From Planctomycetota bacterium (GTDB lineage Bacteria; Planctomycetota; SZUA-567; H5-PLA8), in the NCBI GenBank assembly GCA_038227875.1, contig JBBRPR010000009.1:96001-160000 (forward strand): a stretch of DNA of 64,000 bases, in the 5' to 3' direction. A program made the translations under genes and the position numbers. Shown here piece by piece: positions 27,282 through 38,043 of this stretch (position 1 is the stretch's first letter; every line of letters begins with the position of its first letter). Below the pieces are notes generated by a model, which was given only the letters and a program-made list of their open reading frames with translations, made no database searches and had not been told where the DNA came from.

Positions 27282-29606
27282 CTAGTTCTTTAACACGCCC
27301 CGGTCCGCTGGAATCGGCACCGCCTTGCTGTACGGAGTCTCTCCGCCGAAGACGTCGATGGTGGAGCCGGAAACTTTAAGCTCCGCGCCATCGTTAAAGG
27401 AGAGGCCCGTGATCGTATTGCGGCCGCTGAGCAGGCCGGTGGTCAGGACGTTGGTGTTGCCGATGCTGATGTTGCCCTTCATGTCGATGACGTAGACATC
27501 GCAGAACGACGGGTTGAGCGGAAAGACTTCGCCTTCCGCGGCGAACGCGAGGTGGCGGCGATCGGGGGCGATCGTCGGAATCGTGATCGCGCAGGGAATG
27601 TGGAAGATCGGCGCCTGGGCTCCCGAAAGGCCGACGGCCGAGGCCGTCAGCGTCTTCACGCCGATATGGCGATCGACATACTTGCCGTCCTTGTCGAGCA
27701 CGCGCTGCGGCGTCAGGCTGGCGAAGGGAATGCTGTAGATGTCGATTTCCACCCACGTCTTCAAGGCGTCGTCGGGCGTGGCGTTCTCCTTGCTGACGCT
27801 GTGATCGCGGTACGGACGGCCCTTCACCGAGGCGATGAGCTGCGCGAGTTCGTTGGTGAGCGGACCGGTTTTGGCGGCGGAGAGTTGCGTGACGGCGTTG
27901 GCCTTGTTGGCGGCATCGCCGTGGCCGTCGAGCGTGTAGGCGATGGCGCTGAGTGCGGCGGCATACTGCGCCTGCGGGAAATCGGTGGTGCGTGCGGCCG
28001 CTTCCCATTTTTCGCCAGCGTGGACAAGTTCGCCGTTTTCGAAGAAGCACATCGCTTCCTGAAAGCGCAGCCCGCCCACGGTGGCTTCATCAGGACAGAT
28101 TGGCGAGGCCAGGCGGTAGGCTTCCTCGGCGTCGTTGTACTCGCCCTTGAGCCGCGCTTCGTAAGCGCGGCGCAGCAGCGGGATGAGCTTGTTCTGCGGC
28201 GCGGCGGTGCAGAGTTGTTCCATTTCTTTGACGACGGCTGCCGTTTCCGCGGGCGCGGGGCGGGGGAGGCCGGCGCCAGGCGGGAAGAGGAACGTCAATC
28301 CGTGCGGACCGCCGATGGGATGAAGGAGCAGCGCTTTCTCGAAGGAATCGCAGGCGGGATCGTATTGCTTGGCGGCGAGGTAGGCGCGGGCGTCGGCGCG
28401 GTCGAGTTCCCCCGCGTCGAGCGGCGGCGGCTGCAGTTCATGCGCTTTCAGAGCGCTGGCGACGGCCTTGTCGGCTTCGCCCTGGCGGATCTGCAGCGCG
28501 CTGGCGGCCATGCATTCGGTGGGCGTGAGCGGAAAATAACGGGCCTTGCCCGGTTCGCCCAGGGCCAGTCCGCCCGGCGAGAGCCACGCCTGCCGCAGTG
28601 TACCATTATGATGCGCCGCGCGCGGATCGGCGGCGTTGGCACCCGTCAGCGTCGCGCTGTCGCCGTCGAGATGCGTGAATTTCTTCGTTGTGAAGTCAAG
28701 CCGGTAGGACTGGAAAACAACGCGTTCCGACGAGGCTTGCGCGAGCGTGAGCACTGCGGAGTTGCCGTCATCATCGATGCGGACCATCACCGGCGTGGAG
28801 AGATTTTCAGGGAGCGGAAACGACTTGATCGCCGTAGTGTCCGTGCGCATGGTCCAGATTTTGGTGCTGCCCGGCGCGTAAAAGAGGACGCGGACGCGGT
28901 CGGGAAATGGATGGACGACGTACGTCGCCGCGGTCGGGTCGTTCTGTTCTTCGGTCGGAAAAATAACGCGCGGCTGCGTGCCGTCGAGATCGCAGATGCC
29001 CAGCAGCGGGAGCGATTCGGCGGGCTTCTGCGAATAGACAATCGCGCTGCCGTCGGGGAGCAGCGCCGGCGAATACAGTTCCGTCAGCGCACCCAGCGGC
29101 GTGCGCTTGTTGCTCGCGACGTTCCAGATTTCCACCGTGCCCGGCGAACCGGGACGCGCTTCACGTCCACTGACCAGCAGCGCCACCGCGCCGTCGACAG
29201 AAAGTTGGAAGCCGGTGAGATGCAAGTTGGAGAGCACCGGCTGCGGTTCGGCCCCGGCGGCGTTCTTCGTGTATTTGAAAATCTTGGTGTAGAAGCCGGC
29301 TTGATCGCGATCGCCGAGGTAATACAGCGTGGTGTTGTCGGGAAGCCAGCGCGGAAAGGCCGCACCCTTGGCGATCAACTGAGCTTCGCCGTTATCGTCC
29401 TCGACCTCAACGACATAGACGCTGGTGTCCAGGTACGACAGTGGCGCGCCAGCGGCCGTCTGGCCTTGCGTATATAAGGTGTAGGCGATGCGGCGGCCGT
29501 CGTTGCTCCAAGTTGGCCCCTGCAATTCCTGGCAACCGGCGAGCAGCACGAGCGTCATCACGACTGTGAAAATACGGCTGAGGCGGATTAGCACGAGACT
29601 CTCCAC
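27282..29606 (-). CDS. Lipoprotein with TolB-like (PD40) beta-propeller and TPR-like helical region
   Basis: Lipobox LLAGC, PTWSNDGRRIAY, PRWLPD, PALLPDG, PTIAPDRRHLAF, and Ala-rich helical repeats. Confidence 0.7.
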   Translation of the reverse strand: MESLVLIRLSRIFTVVMTLVLLAGCQELQGPTWSNDGRRIAYTLYTQGQTAAGAPLSYLDTSVYVVEVEDDNGEAQLIAKGAAFPRWLPDNTTLYYLGDRDQAGFYTKIFKYTKNAAGAEPQPVLSNLHLTGFQLSVDGAVALLVSGREARPGSPGTVEIWNVASNKRTPLGALTELYSPALLPDGSAIVYSQKPAESLPLLGICDLDGTQPRVIFPTEEQNDPTAATYVVHPFPDRVRVLFYAPGSTKIWTMRTDTTAIKSFPLPENLSTPVMVRIDDDGNSAVLTLAQASSERVVFQSYRLDFTTKKFTHLDGDSATLTGANAADPRAAHHNGTLRQAWLSPGGLALGEPGKARYFPLTPTECMAASALQIRQGEADKAVASALKAHELQPPPLDAGELDRADARAYLAAKQYDPACDSFEKALLLHPIGGPHGLTFLFPPGAGLPRPAPAETAAVVKEMEQLCTAAPQNKLIPLLRRAYEARLKGEYNDAEEAYRLASPICPDEATVGGLRFQEAMCFFENGELVHAGEKWEAAARTTDFPQAQYAAALSAIAYTLDGHGDAANKANAVTQLSAAKTGPLTNELAQLIASVKGRPYRDHSVSKENATPDDALKTWVEIDIYSIPFASLTPQRVLDKDGKYVDRHIGVKTLTASAVGLSGAQAPIFHIPCAITIPTIAPDRRHLAFAAEGEVFPLNPSFCDVYVIDMKGNISIGNTNVLTTGLLSGRNTITGLSFNDGAELKVSGSTIDVFGGETPYSKAVPIPADRGVLKN

Positions 29607-29837
29607 GGAACGGCGTTAGCCCGAAATTGGGGCGCTTTAGATTGTAACGTGTTCAGGGGTCTGTGGTCACGTGCATTTGTATGTGCGTAGGCGACCCGGA
29701 CGGTTCGTGACTATGATAGATTTTTCAGAATTGTGTTCAATAGTGGTGTAAAAGGTACTACGGTTAGTTACACGGAGCCCGTTTTTGTCGAAAAGGCGGA
29801 CCAAATCAGTTCGGAAAGCATCGATAAGAGGTTCTGA

Positions 29838-31604
29838 ATGACGCAACGTTTCAAGCTCTCTTCACTGGTGTTGTCGCTCGCTGTCGTGGCTGTGGTCGGA
29901 GCGCTGCGCGCCGCCGACGATTGGCCGCAATACCGCGGACCTTCGCGGCAGGGCATCGCGGCCGACGGCGTGAAACTGGCTGACGCATGGCCCAAGGAGG
30001 GGCCCAAACAACTGTGGAAGAGCGAGTGGATTCCCGGCGCCGGCGAAGGCGGCGCGGGCAGTCCCGTGGTGGCGGACGGCAAGGTTTATCTGTACGTCAA
30101 CTGGATGCATCCGGTCGGGGGTGGACGAAAGTACCATCTGATCACCACGGAGTTTCTGCAGGATGCCGGATGGCTGCCGGACCTTCCCGCGGAGCTGGCG
30201 AAAAAAATCGAGGACGCCTGGGCCGCTCCGGCTCATCCCCCGTGCTCCAAGGCTCCGGCCTGGTGGGGCGTAGTTGGTCCGAAAGACGAAGAGTTCGAAG
30301 CGTTCCTCGCGAAAGCACCCGACGTCGACAAGTACATCAAGGATTTCATGGCCACGCTGCCCGCGGCCGACGCTCAGAAATATGGCAAGTACATCAAGCG
30401 GCGGTTGTGCATCTCCGGGCCGAAGACGGGATGGAATCCCACCGGCGGTTACACGTGGGACGAATTGGAGAAGATGAGCAAAACGCGCGACGAGGAGACC
30501 GAATTTGCCTGGAACTACAAAAAGCGCGCTGGCAGCGTTCAGATTCTAAACAAGGGTGCATTCGACGACAGAGCCGGCTGGCTGATCTCCAACATCTGGC
30601 TGCGGGCCAGCACTCTGACTGACACTCTCGTCTGCCTGGACGCCGCGACGGGCAAGGTACTGTGGAAGCGGGAATTCCCGGCCACCCGTGAACGGGTGTT
30701 GAGTTGTCTGAGCATGGATAAAGGTGGCTTTGGACAAATTGGTGCCAGCGGTACGCCCACCATTGCGGACGGCAAGTGTTATTTCGCGGGAATCATGGGG
30801 CTGTACTGCATCTCCGCAAAGGATGGCACGCCGATCTGGAATGTCGAAGGCGAAGCGACCCACAATTCGCCGCTCGTGGCCAAGGGCATCGTGTACCACT
30901 ATGGCGCCGCGTACAACGCCGCCGACGGCAAATTGCTCTGGAAGCACCCGCAGTGGAAACCCAATCTCGGCGCGTGGGAAGTGGCGGCCAAGGCCAACGC
31001 TCCAATCTTGTGGACGGTGAATGGCAAGGACTACATCATCACCACCAACGGCAACCACGATTGGTGTTGCCTGGAATTGGAAACGGGAAAAGTGCTATGG
31101 ACCGTCCGCGGCGCGCCGGATCTTTACTCTCCCGTGTTCAAGGATGACCTCCTGATTTTACGCGGTGCGACGCAGGTCGAAGCCTTCAAAGCGACTCCGG
31201 CCGCCGCCACGTCACTGTGGAAGCAGGCGGTGAAAATGGACAGCCGGGGAAGCTATACCATCGTCAACGATGCGCTGTTCATGCTGGGATGCCCCGACGC
31301 CGGCGCGATGTGGACGTGTCTGGATCTGAAAACCGGTGACGTTAAATGGAGCCAGGCGATTCCCGGGGAAACACTGTGCAATGCAGCGGCCACAGTGGAT
31401 GGCAAGCTCATCAACGTTTTTGGGAAAGGGCACTACGACAGTAACTTCCAAGTGGAGATGATCGATGCCACTCCGGAAAAGTATGTCCAACGCGGCCTTT
31501 TCAATCCGAAAGCCTGCGTGTATTCCTGCCCCGCCATCGCGGGCGGAAAGCTGTTTTTGCGGCTGGAAGATGGCGTGGCGTGTTATGACCTGCAAGGAAA
31601 GTGA
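29838..31604 (+). CDS. PQQ-like beta-propeller (BamB-like) repeat protein
   Basis: ADDWPQYRGP, SPVVADGKVY, LVCLDAATGKVLW, CLELETGKVLW, PAIAGGKLFLR. Confidence 0.85.
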   Translation: MTQRFKLSSLVLSLAVVAVVGALRAADDWPQYRGPSRQGIAADGVKLADAWPKEGPKQLWKSEWIPGAGEGGAGSPVVADGKVYLYVNWMHPVGGGRKYHLITTEFLQDAGWLPDLPAELAKKIEDAWAAPAHPPCSKAPAWWGVVGPKDEEFEAFLAKAPDVDKYIKDFMATLPAADAQKYGKYIKRRLCISGPKTGWNPTGGYTWDELEKMSKTRDEETEFAWNYKKRAGSVQILNKGAFDDRAGWLISNIWLRASTLTDTLVCLDAATGKVLWKREFPATRERVLSCLSMDKGGFGQIGASGTPTIADGKCYFAGIMGLYCISAKDGTPIWNVEGEATHNSPLVAKGIVYHYGAAYNAADGKLLWKHPQWKPNLGAWEVAAKANAPILWTVNGKDYIITTNGNHDWCCLELETGKVLWTVRGAPDLYSPVFKDDLLILRGATQVEAFKATPAAATSLWKQAVKMDSRGSYTIVNDALFMLGCPDAGAMWTCLDLKTGDVKWSQAIPGETLCNAAATVDGKLINVFGKGHYDSNFQVEMIDATPEKYVQRGLFNPKACVYSCPAIAGGKLFLRLEDGVACYDLQGK

Positions 31605-31676
31605 GGCGACTCGCGCAACGATTGCTTTTTAAGCGTCCAAGGCCTAGCATGATAGCTGTATATCAGGAGGCCGCGC

Positions 31677-32516
31677 GTGATAGATCTCGATCAACTTATT
31701 GTCAAAGCATACGACCTCGAACCACTTCCGGCGAGCGTGACGCGCTTGTCGGCGCTGGTCGCGGATAACAACTCGCAGCTCAACGAGATCGTCGAAGTTC
31801 TCACCTACGATCCGGCGCTCACCGCCGGCATTCTGCGCTCGGCCAATTCCGCGGCCAGCGCCAGCCACACGGCGATCTCCAATGTCAAAGATGCGGTGCT
31901 GCGCATGGGCCTGGGCACGGTGCTTTCCCTGGCCGTCGCGGCGAGCGTGAAACGCAACATGATCCTCGCGCTGCCCGAATACGGCTTGCGCGAAAATGAG
32001 CTCTGGCGGCATTCGGTGCTCTCCTCACTGAGCGTCGAGGCAATTCAGGCGCATTCGAAGGTCCAGATTCAGCCCGACGCGTTCACCGCGGCGCTGTTGC
32101 ACGACATCGGCAAGCTGGTGCTCAGCCGCTTTCTCGACGCGGACGTGCAGTACATCATGCAATTGGCGCACGATGAAGGCCGGCTGGAGACGCCGGCGGC
32201 GGAGTCGGAAATTCTCGGCGTCAATCACGGCGAAGTCGGCGGCCTGATGGCGCAGCACTGGAAGCTTCCCGAATCGATCGTGCGCGGCATCTCGTACCAT
32301 CACAACCCCGCGGAATGCGGCGACACGATCTGTTACGTGGTCGCGCTGGCCAACCTGACGGCGCACCGGATCGCCGACAAAACCAGCGACGATCAGGGTT
32401 TGCTGCCGCCGAAAAAATATCTCGAACGCCTGAGTTTGACGACCGAGTCGTTCGAAAAAGTCTGCGAGACCGCGTCCAAACGCATGGACGATGTTCAGCG
32501 GCGGTACAATGCGTAG
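31677..32516 (+). CDS. HDOD domain protein
   Basis: LEPLP, DPALTAGILRSANSA, LWRHS, AALLHDIGKL, HGEVGG...WKLP, YHHNP. Confidence 0.92.
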   Translation: MIDLDQLIVKAYDLEPLPASVTRLSALVADNNSQLNEIVEVLTYDPALTAGILRSANSAASASHTAISNVKDAVLRMGLGTVLSLAVAASVKRNMILALPEYGLRENELWRHSVLSSLSVEAIQAHSKVQIQPDAFTAALLHDIGKLVLSRFLDADVQYIMQLAHDEGRLETPAAESEILGVNHGEVGGLMAQHWKLPESIVRGISYHHNPAECGDTICYVVALANLTAHRIADKTSDDQGLLPPKKYLERLSLTTESFEKVCETASKRMDDVQRRYNA

Positions 32517-32646
32517 CAAAATTTGACGGGTTGAAATCCAGGGCGTAACCTTATGACCAATTGGTCACATGGTTGAAAGCAGACACCCCGTAACGAATTC
32601 GTTACAGGGTCATTTCAATTCGAATCCAAATTCCAAGGAGACGCGT

Positions 32647-33486
32647 GTGCCGAAATCCCTCGCAGCAACCACCACGTTGAACAACGGAGTCAAGATGCCC
32701 TGGTTTGGGCTGGGTACCTGGCAGGCCACCGGATCTGGTGTCCGCGACGCGGTGACGTGGGCGCTCGAGGTTGGCTACCGCCACATCGACACCGCGATGA
32801 TTTACAACAACGAAACGGATGTTGGGCACGCCGTGCGTGAATCGGGAATTCCACGGCGCGAAATTTTTGTCACGACCAAAGCCTGGAATTCCGATCAGCG
32901 CCTGGGCTACGACGCAGTGCTGAAAGCGTTCGACGCATCGATGGGCCGGCTCAACATCGAGTATGTCGATCTGTATCTCGTCCACTGGGCGCTGCCGGGC
33001 ACGTACAAGGACGCGTGGCGCGCGCTCGAAAAAATCTACGGCGACGGCAAAGGTCCGGTGAAGGCGATCGGCGTCAGCAACTTCATGATTCCGCATCTCG
33101 AAGATCTGCTCAAGACGGCAAAGGTCGTGCCTGCGGTGAACCAGGTCGAATTCCATCCGTGGCTGCGCCAGCAACCGCTGCTCGATTTTTGCGTGAAGCA
33201 CAAGATTCAGCACGAAGCGTGGAGCCCGCTGATTCAAGGCAAGGTGAAGGACATCCCAGAATTGAAAACGATCGGCGCGGCGCACAAAAAGTCCCCGGAA
33301 CAGATCGCGCTGCGCTGGGGTTTGCAAAAGGGCTCGGTGATGATTCCCAAATCCACGAACAAGGAGCGGCTTACGTCCAACGCGGCGATCTTCGATTTCG
33401 AACTGAGCGCCGCGGAAATGGCGCAGATCGATGCACTCGACAAAAACAAACGCGTGGGCGCCGATCCATTCAACGTGACGTTCTGA
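32647..33486 (+). CDS. Aldo/keto reductase
   Basis: GLGTW, GYRHIDTAMIYNNE, FVTTK, DLYLVHW, IGVSNF, NQVEFHP, IPKS. GTG start after AAGGAG. Confidence 0.93.
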   Translation: MPKSLAATTTLNNGVKMPWFGLGTWQATGSGVRDAVTWALEVGYRHIDTAMIYNNETDVGHAVRESGIPRREIFVTTKAWNSDQRLGYDAVLKAFDASMGRLNIEYVDLYLVHWALPGTYKDAWRALEKIYGDGKGPVKAIGVSNFMIPHLEDLLKTAKVVPAVNQVEFHPWLRQQPLLDFCVKHKIQHEAWSPLIQGKVKDIPELKTIGAAHKKSPEQIALRWGLQKGSVMIPKSTNKERLTSNAAIFDFELSAAEMAQIDALDKNKRVGADPFNVTF

Positions 33487-33806
33487 AGCGCGATCCGTAA
33501 AATTCATAAAGCCAATCTGTTTGGGTAATATTAGCGTGCCGCTGAAGCTTCAGCGGCACACTTCACTATTTTGTGCAAGTCTCTAATAAGGCGCACGTTA
33601 TGAGCATAATGCACAGCTGCACAGCAGGAGAGGCGCCCTCCGCCGCACGAAAGTGCGTGGCGAATTTTTAAAATCGGGCGGAAATCCTTGACGGGCACGT
33701 GAAAGCACTTTACACAATCAAGCCGCTGAAGCAGTTGTGGTCGGGGATCGAAACGTTTCTCGCATCGAATTTTCAGGTCAGGACAGAGGGAGGAGGCACC
33801 TTTTAC

Positions 33807-35507
33807 ATGGCTATACCGCCGAAGAAAGTAGTTCCCGCGAAAGCCCCGGCAGGACCATCCGCAAAATCTCCGGTCAACCCGGCCAAGCACGAGGACGAAG
33901 AGACGACGCTCGCCAAGAAGCGCAAAAAGCGCGACGAGGATGAAGAGGAAGAGGAGGACGCCGAGGACGACGAAGAAGCTGATGACGATGAGGAAGATGA
34001 AGACGACGAAGATGAAGAGGATGATGACGAAGAAGACGAAGATGAAGAAGACATCGACGAAGAAGAATTAGACGAAGAAGAAGAGGAAGAAGAAGACGAG
34101 GAAGAAGAGCTCGACGAGGAAGACCTTGAAGAGGTAGAACTCGACGACGAAGAGCTCGACGAGGACGACGAAGATCTCGATGACGACGAGGATGAAGAAG
34201 ACGACGAAGACGACGAAGACCTCGACGACGACGAAGACGATGAAGACGACGACGATGAGGACGACGAAGACGAAGAGGATGAAGAGGACGACGAAGACGA
34301 ACGTCCCGCACCCAAGAAGAAAAAGGGCAGCCGGGGAGAAGCGGCTGCCGTTGTGGCGGTAGGAGCTGTGGCGGCGGCAGGCGTAACTGCCGCCGCTGTC
34401 ATTGCGGCGAAGAAGGCCGGCGACGCGGGGACCAGCGGCAAATCGCCGGCGGTCAAGGCTGGCTCGGACGCATCCAAGAGCGCCAAGGGGCTCGCGTCGG
34501 TCAAGCCCACGGACGCGGCCAAGAGCGCCAAATCGCTGGCCTCAGTGAAGCCGACCGATGCCTCGAAAAGCGCCAAGGGCCTGGCCTCCGTCAAGAAAGA
34601 TGACGTTGAAGACGCTGATGCCGAAACTGATGTAACCAAGCCGGTGATGAAGGCAGCCTCCGCTCGCCCCCTCAAGGCGGGTGCTTCCTCCGCCTCCGGT
34701 GCGGCCGTCGGTTCAGCGCGTGTGTCAGGCAAAGCGGGCACGTCCCGTTTGTCGCGCGCCGTCGGCGACCCGAAGGAAAAGCAGCCACAGAAGCCAAATA
34801 AGATCGTCGGCTACATGATGATCGCCTGCGTGATCCTGTTCATCCTGATCATCGTGGTGCTGGTCACGCGCTGGGACATCATCAAGGCGCACTTCACCAA
34901 GGGACCGCCGCCGGCACCGGTGAAGAAGCTCTCCGATGCCGCGCAGGCTCTGGTGGACAAAGCGAAACAAGCGCACGACCTGTACGACGAAGGCGTCGCC
35001 GTGCCGCAGGCCGCCGCGGTCCTCTCCGCGCTTCGCGGAAAAACCAAGCCCGATCAGTTGTTGAAAGACAGCAAGCCGGAAGACGCCGAGGCGTTGCGCG
35101 CCGCAGCTTTGAAACTGGAGAAAGCGACGGAGCTTTTCGACAGCATCAAGGATTCCGGAAGCGTGGTGCCGGGGTACGAAGATCTGATCAACGAAGCGCA
35201 GAAGCGCCTGCCGGAAATCGACAAGGAACGCCACGAACTGGCGGATGTGGCCACCAGCATCGAGATGGCGAATATGGGCAAGGGCTTGAACAAGCCCCCG
35301 CCGCCCGACAACAAGCAGCCGGGCACTACGCCGCCGGTCGGTACCGGGATCCCCAAGCCGCCGGAAGAAATTCCGACGCCGCCAGATGGCATGACCATGG
35401 ACGATTGGCTGAAAAAGCTGGAAGAAGAGGACTACAGCAAGGCCTCAGACATCCGCAAGCTGATCAAGAAGAAGGAAAAAGAGAAGCAGGATCAAGAGAA
35501 GAAGTAG
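33807..35507 (+). CDS. Bitopic membrane protein with a ~123-residue Asp/Glu tract in its N-terminal (probably cytoplasmic) part
   Basis: ATG 33807 after GGAGG. D/E tract at 33933-34301, three ~15-aa DASKSAKGLASVKPT repeats, single TM (IVGYMMIACVILFILIIVVLVT), helical C-terminal domain. Confidence 0.8.
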   Translation: MAIPPKKVVPAKAPAGPSAKSPVNPAKHEDEETTLAKKRKKRDEDEEEEEDAEDDEEADDDEEDEDDEDEEDDDEEDEDEEDIDEEELDEEEEEEEDEEEELDEEDLEEVELDDEELDEDDEDLDDDEDEEDDEDDEDLDDDEDDEDDDDEDDEDEEDEEDDEDERPAPKKKKGSRGEAAAVVAVGAVAAAGVTAAAVIAAKKAGDAGTSGKSPAVKAGSDASKSAKGLASVKPTDAAKSAKSLASVKPTDASKSAKGLASVKKDDVEDADAETDVTKPVMKAASARPLKAGASSASGAAVGSARVSGKAGTSRLSRAVGDPKEKQPQKPNKIVGYMMIACVILFILIIVVLVTRWDIIKAHFTKGPPPAPVKKLSDAAQALVDKAKQAHDLYDEGVAVPQAAAVLSALRGKTKPDQLLKDSKPEDAEALRAAALKLEKATELFDSIKDSGSVVPGYEDLINEAQKRLPEIDKERHELADVATSIEMANMGKGLNKPPPPDNKQPGTTPPVGTGIPKPPEEIPTPPDGMTMDDWLKKLEEEDYSKASDIRKLIKKKEKEKQDQEKK

Positions 35508-35529
35508 CTTCAACCAGAACGGAAACGGC

Positions 35530-35570
35530 AAAGCGAGCAATTTGGATCTATCCAAATTGCTCGCTTTTTT
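35530..35570. terminator. Intrinsic terminator, probably bidirectional
   Basis: aaagcgagcaatttgga-tcta-tccaaattgctcgctttttt between convergent genes. Confidence 0.8.
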
Positions 35571-35621
35571 ATTTAGAGAGTCTAGTGGTGGAAAGTTAGG
35601 CCAAGCGGCAATATCGCTCGA

Positions 35622-37988
35622 TCACACGATCTCCAGATTGACCTGCTTCTTCCCCAGATCGATATGCAGGATCCGCACGTCAAGCTTGTCGCCGAGGCGG
35701 AAGCTGCGTCGGTTGCGTCGGCCTTGCAGCAAGTGCTGGTTCTCGAAGTACTCGTAGTAATCCTCGTCGATGTCTTCGACCTTGACCATGCCTTCGACGT
35801 AGCAGTCCTGCAATTCCACGAACAGTCCAAACTCGCGCACGCCAGTGATCAGGCCGGGATGCGATTCTTTCATGTTGCGTCGCAGGAATTCGATCTGCCG
35901 GAACTTTTTGACTTCGGCCTCGGCCGAGGCCGCCTCGCGTTCGCGAATCGAGCAGTGCTGCGCCAGCGGCCGCAGAAACGCGATGCGTTTAAAGTACGAC
36001 TGCCCCGCCGCTCCGCCGCCGCGCTTTTTTCCGTGCACGGGCAACGCGGCTTCGCCGGGCGTGAAGTGCGAATCGAGCGCGCGGTGGACGATCAAGTCCG
36101 GGTAGCGCCGGATCGGGCTGGTGAAATGCAGGTACCGCGAAAAGTTCAGCGCGAAATGAGGCTGGCATTCGGCGGCATACTTCGCTTGCTTCAAGCTCGT
36201 CAGCAACGCCAGATGAACCGTGTGTGCGAAGTCCTTGCCGCGCACCCGGTCGAGCACGCTCTTCAACTTCAAGCGGTCCAGCGGCGGGCGCAGGGAGATG
36301 CCGAACTCCTTCACGAATTCCATGAAGCGGTCGAGCGACTCGGGTTTCGGATCTTCGTGGATGCGGAAGAGCCCCGGGATTTCATGCTCGACCAGGTACA
36401 TCGCGACAGCGCGGTTGGCGGCGAGCATCATGTCTTCGATCAGCTCGTGCGCCCAGTGGTGTTCGGCCTTCTCCCAGCCGGCAACCTCGTTCTGAGCATT
36501 GAGCTTCAACTTAACTTCCGGCAGTTCCAACTCGAGCGACCCGGTGGCCAGGCGCTTCTTACGCAGCGCTTCGGCAAAGGGGCGCATGACTTTCAGCGCC
36601 GCGTAGATCTCCGGCGTGCCGACGAGCTCCGGCTTTTCCTGCTCCAGAGCGTCGCGGACTTGATCGTACGTCAGGAACGCCGCCGAGCGGATGTAGCTGC
36701 GTTCGATCTTGATCGTGTCGATGGTCAAGTTGGGCGTGAAGGTCATCGAGACGGTCTTGGTCAGGCGCGTTTTGCCTTGCACCAGCGAGCAGAGATTGTT
36801 CGAGAGCTTCTGCGGGAGCATCGGGAAGACGCTGCCCGGCAAATAGACGCTCGTCGACCGCTCGCGCGCTTCCAGATCGATGGGGCTGCCTTCGCGGACA
36901 TAGTGCGAGACATCGGCGATGTGAACCAGCAGCGTGATGCGCCCGTCGTCCTCCGTGCGGATGGCGACGGCGTCGTCGTGGTCTTTGGCGTCCGGCGGAT
37001 CGATGGTGAACGTGATCGGGGTCGAGTAATCCGTGCGGCCGATCAGGTCTTCGTCGGGAACTTCCAAGCCAATGGCTTCGGCCGCGGCGAGCACTTCCTC
37101 GGGAAATTTGGTGCGGACGTTGAAATTCTCGACGATCGCGCGCACGTCCGCGTCGGCTTCACCGGCGGGTCCGAAGACTTCGATCACCCGCACCAGCGGC
37201 CGGAAGCCCGCGCGCTGCGAGCCTTCCGGGTCGACCAGTTCGACGGCGACCTTGTCGTGGTGCTTGGCGCCGTTGCGGTCAAGAGGCATCACGTCGAATT
37301 CGGTGAACATGCCGCGCGCGTCGGGGATTACGGTGCCGCCCAGCGCATGGCGGAAGCGATCGCTTTCCTGCGCCTGGTACGTCCCGATGATCCGCGAGCG
37401 GCCACGTTCCAGAATTTTCACCACGCGTCCGGAGGCGCGCGAATGCGGCGAGCCGTAGCTCTGTCCGAACTTGCCGCGCCGCGGGCGTTCCACGCGGCGG
37501 CTCAACGCCACCGCCACGAGATCGCCGCTGAGCGCCCCGCAGAGATCGTCGGCGCCGACGAAAATATCGTTGCCGGCCGTTTCGCTGATGACAAAGCCCA
37601 TCCCGCCGCGCTTCACCTCGATGCGACCGATGATGGTGCCCTTGGGTGCGCGTACCTGCTTGCGCGCGTGAGCGTCCTCCTCGTCTTCCTCCGGCTCCGG
37701 TTCGTCGCCCGGTTCGGCTTCTGTTGATTCGTCTGAATCGTGGTCGCGCGATTTCTTTCCGGCCGGCTTGCGTTCCGCGCCGCCATCGGTGGCGGGGAGT
37801 CCGAATTTGCCGCGGCGCAATTCGGCGATCTCGCCGCTTTCCGCCAGTGCCTCCAGGATGCGGCGGAACTGCCCGTAGAATTCATCGGGAATTTCCAGCG
37901 CCTTGGCCAGTCCGCGTTTGCGCATCGGCATGTACTTCGCCGAGGCCATCAATTCAAAAATCCGGGCTTTGGTCTGATCGGTGTCCAT
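35622..37988 (-). CDS. rnr: Ribonuclease R
   Basis: N-terminal HTH and cold-shock domains, FTIDPPDAKDHDDA, VHIADVS, LIEDMMLAAN, HFTSPIRRYPDL, C-terminal S1 domain. Confidence 0.93.
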   Translation of the reverse strand: MDTDQTKARIFELMASAKYMPMRKRGLAKALEIPDEFYGQFRRILEALAESGEIAELRRGKFGLPATDGGAERKPAGKKSRDHDSDESTEAEPGDEPEPEEDEEDAHARKQVRAPKGTIIGRIEVKRGGMGFVISETAGNDIFVGADDLCGALSGDLVAVALSRRVERPRRGKFGQSYGSPHSRASGRVVKILERGRSRIIGTYQAQESDRFRHALGGTVIPDARGMFTEFDVMPLDRNGAKHHDKVAVELVDPEGSQRAGFRPLVRVIEVFGPAGEADADVRAIVENFNVRTKFPEEVLAAAEAIGLEVPDEDLIGRTDYSTPITFTIDPPDAKDHDDAVAIRTEDDGRITLLVHIADVSHYVREGSPIDLEARERSTSVYLPGSVFPMLPQKLSNNLCSLVQGKTRLTKTVSMTFTPNLTIDTIKIERSYIRSAAFLTYDQVRDALEQEKPELVGTPEIYAALKVMRPFAEALRKKRLATGSLELELPEVKLKLNAQNEVAGWEKAEHHWAHELIEDMMLAANRAVAMYLVEHEIPGLFRIHEDPKPESLDRFMEFVKEFGISLRPPLDRLKLKSVLDRVRGKDFAHTVHLALLTSLKQAKYAAECQPHFALNFSRYLHFTSPIRRYPDLIVHRALDSHFTPGEAALPVHGKKRGGGAAGQSYFKRIAFLRPLAQHCSIREREAASAEAEVKKFRQIEFLRRNMKESHPGLITGVREFGLFVELQDCYVEGMVKVEDIDEDYYEYFENQHLLQGRRNRRSFRLGDKLDVRILHIDLGKKQVNLEIV

Positions 37989-38043
37989 GGTAGCAGTTTA
38001 GTCGAAGCGGCGCCGATCTGCAGGACATCTGCGCGAAACGCAC

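Noticed and set aside
33803..34741. Poly-serine ORF on the minus strand
   Set aside because: Antisense reading of the Asp/Glu tract; the plus frame has the RBS, TM and a coherent C-terminal domain.
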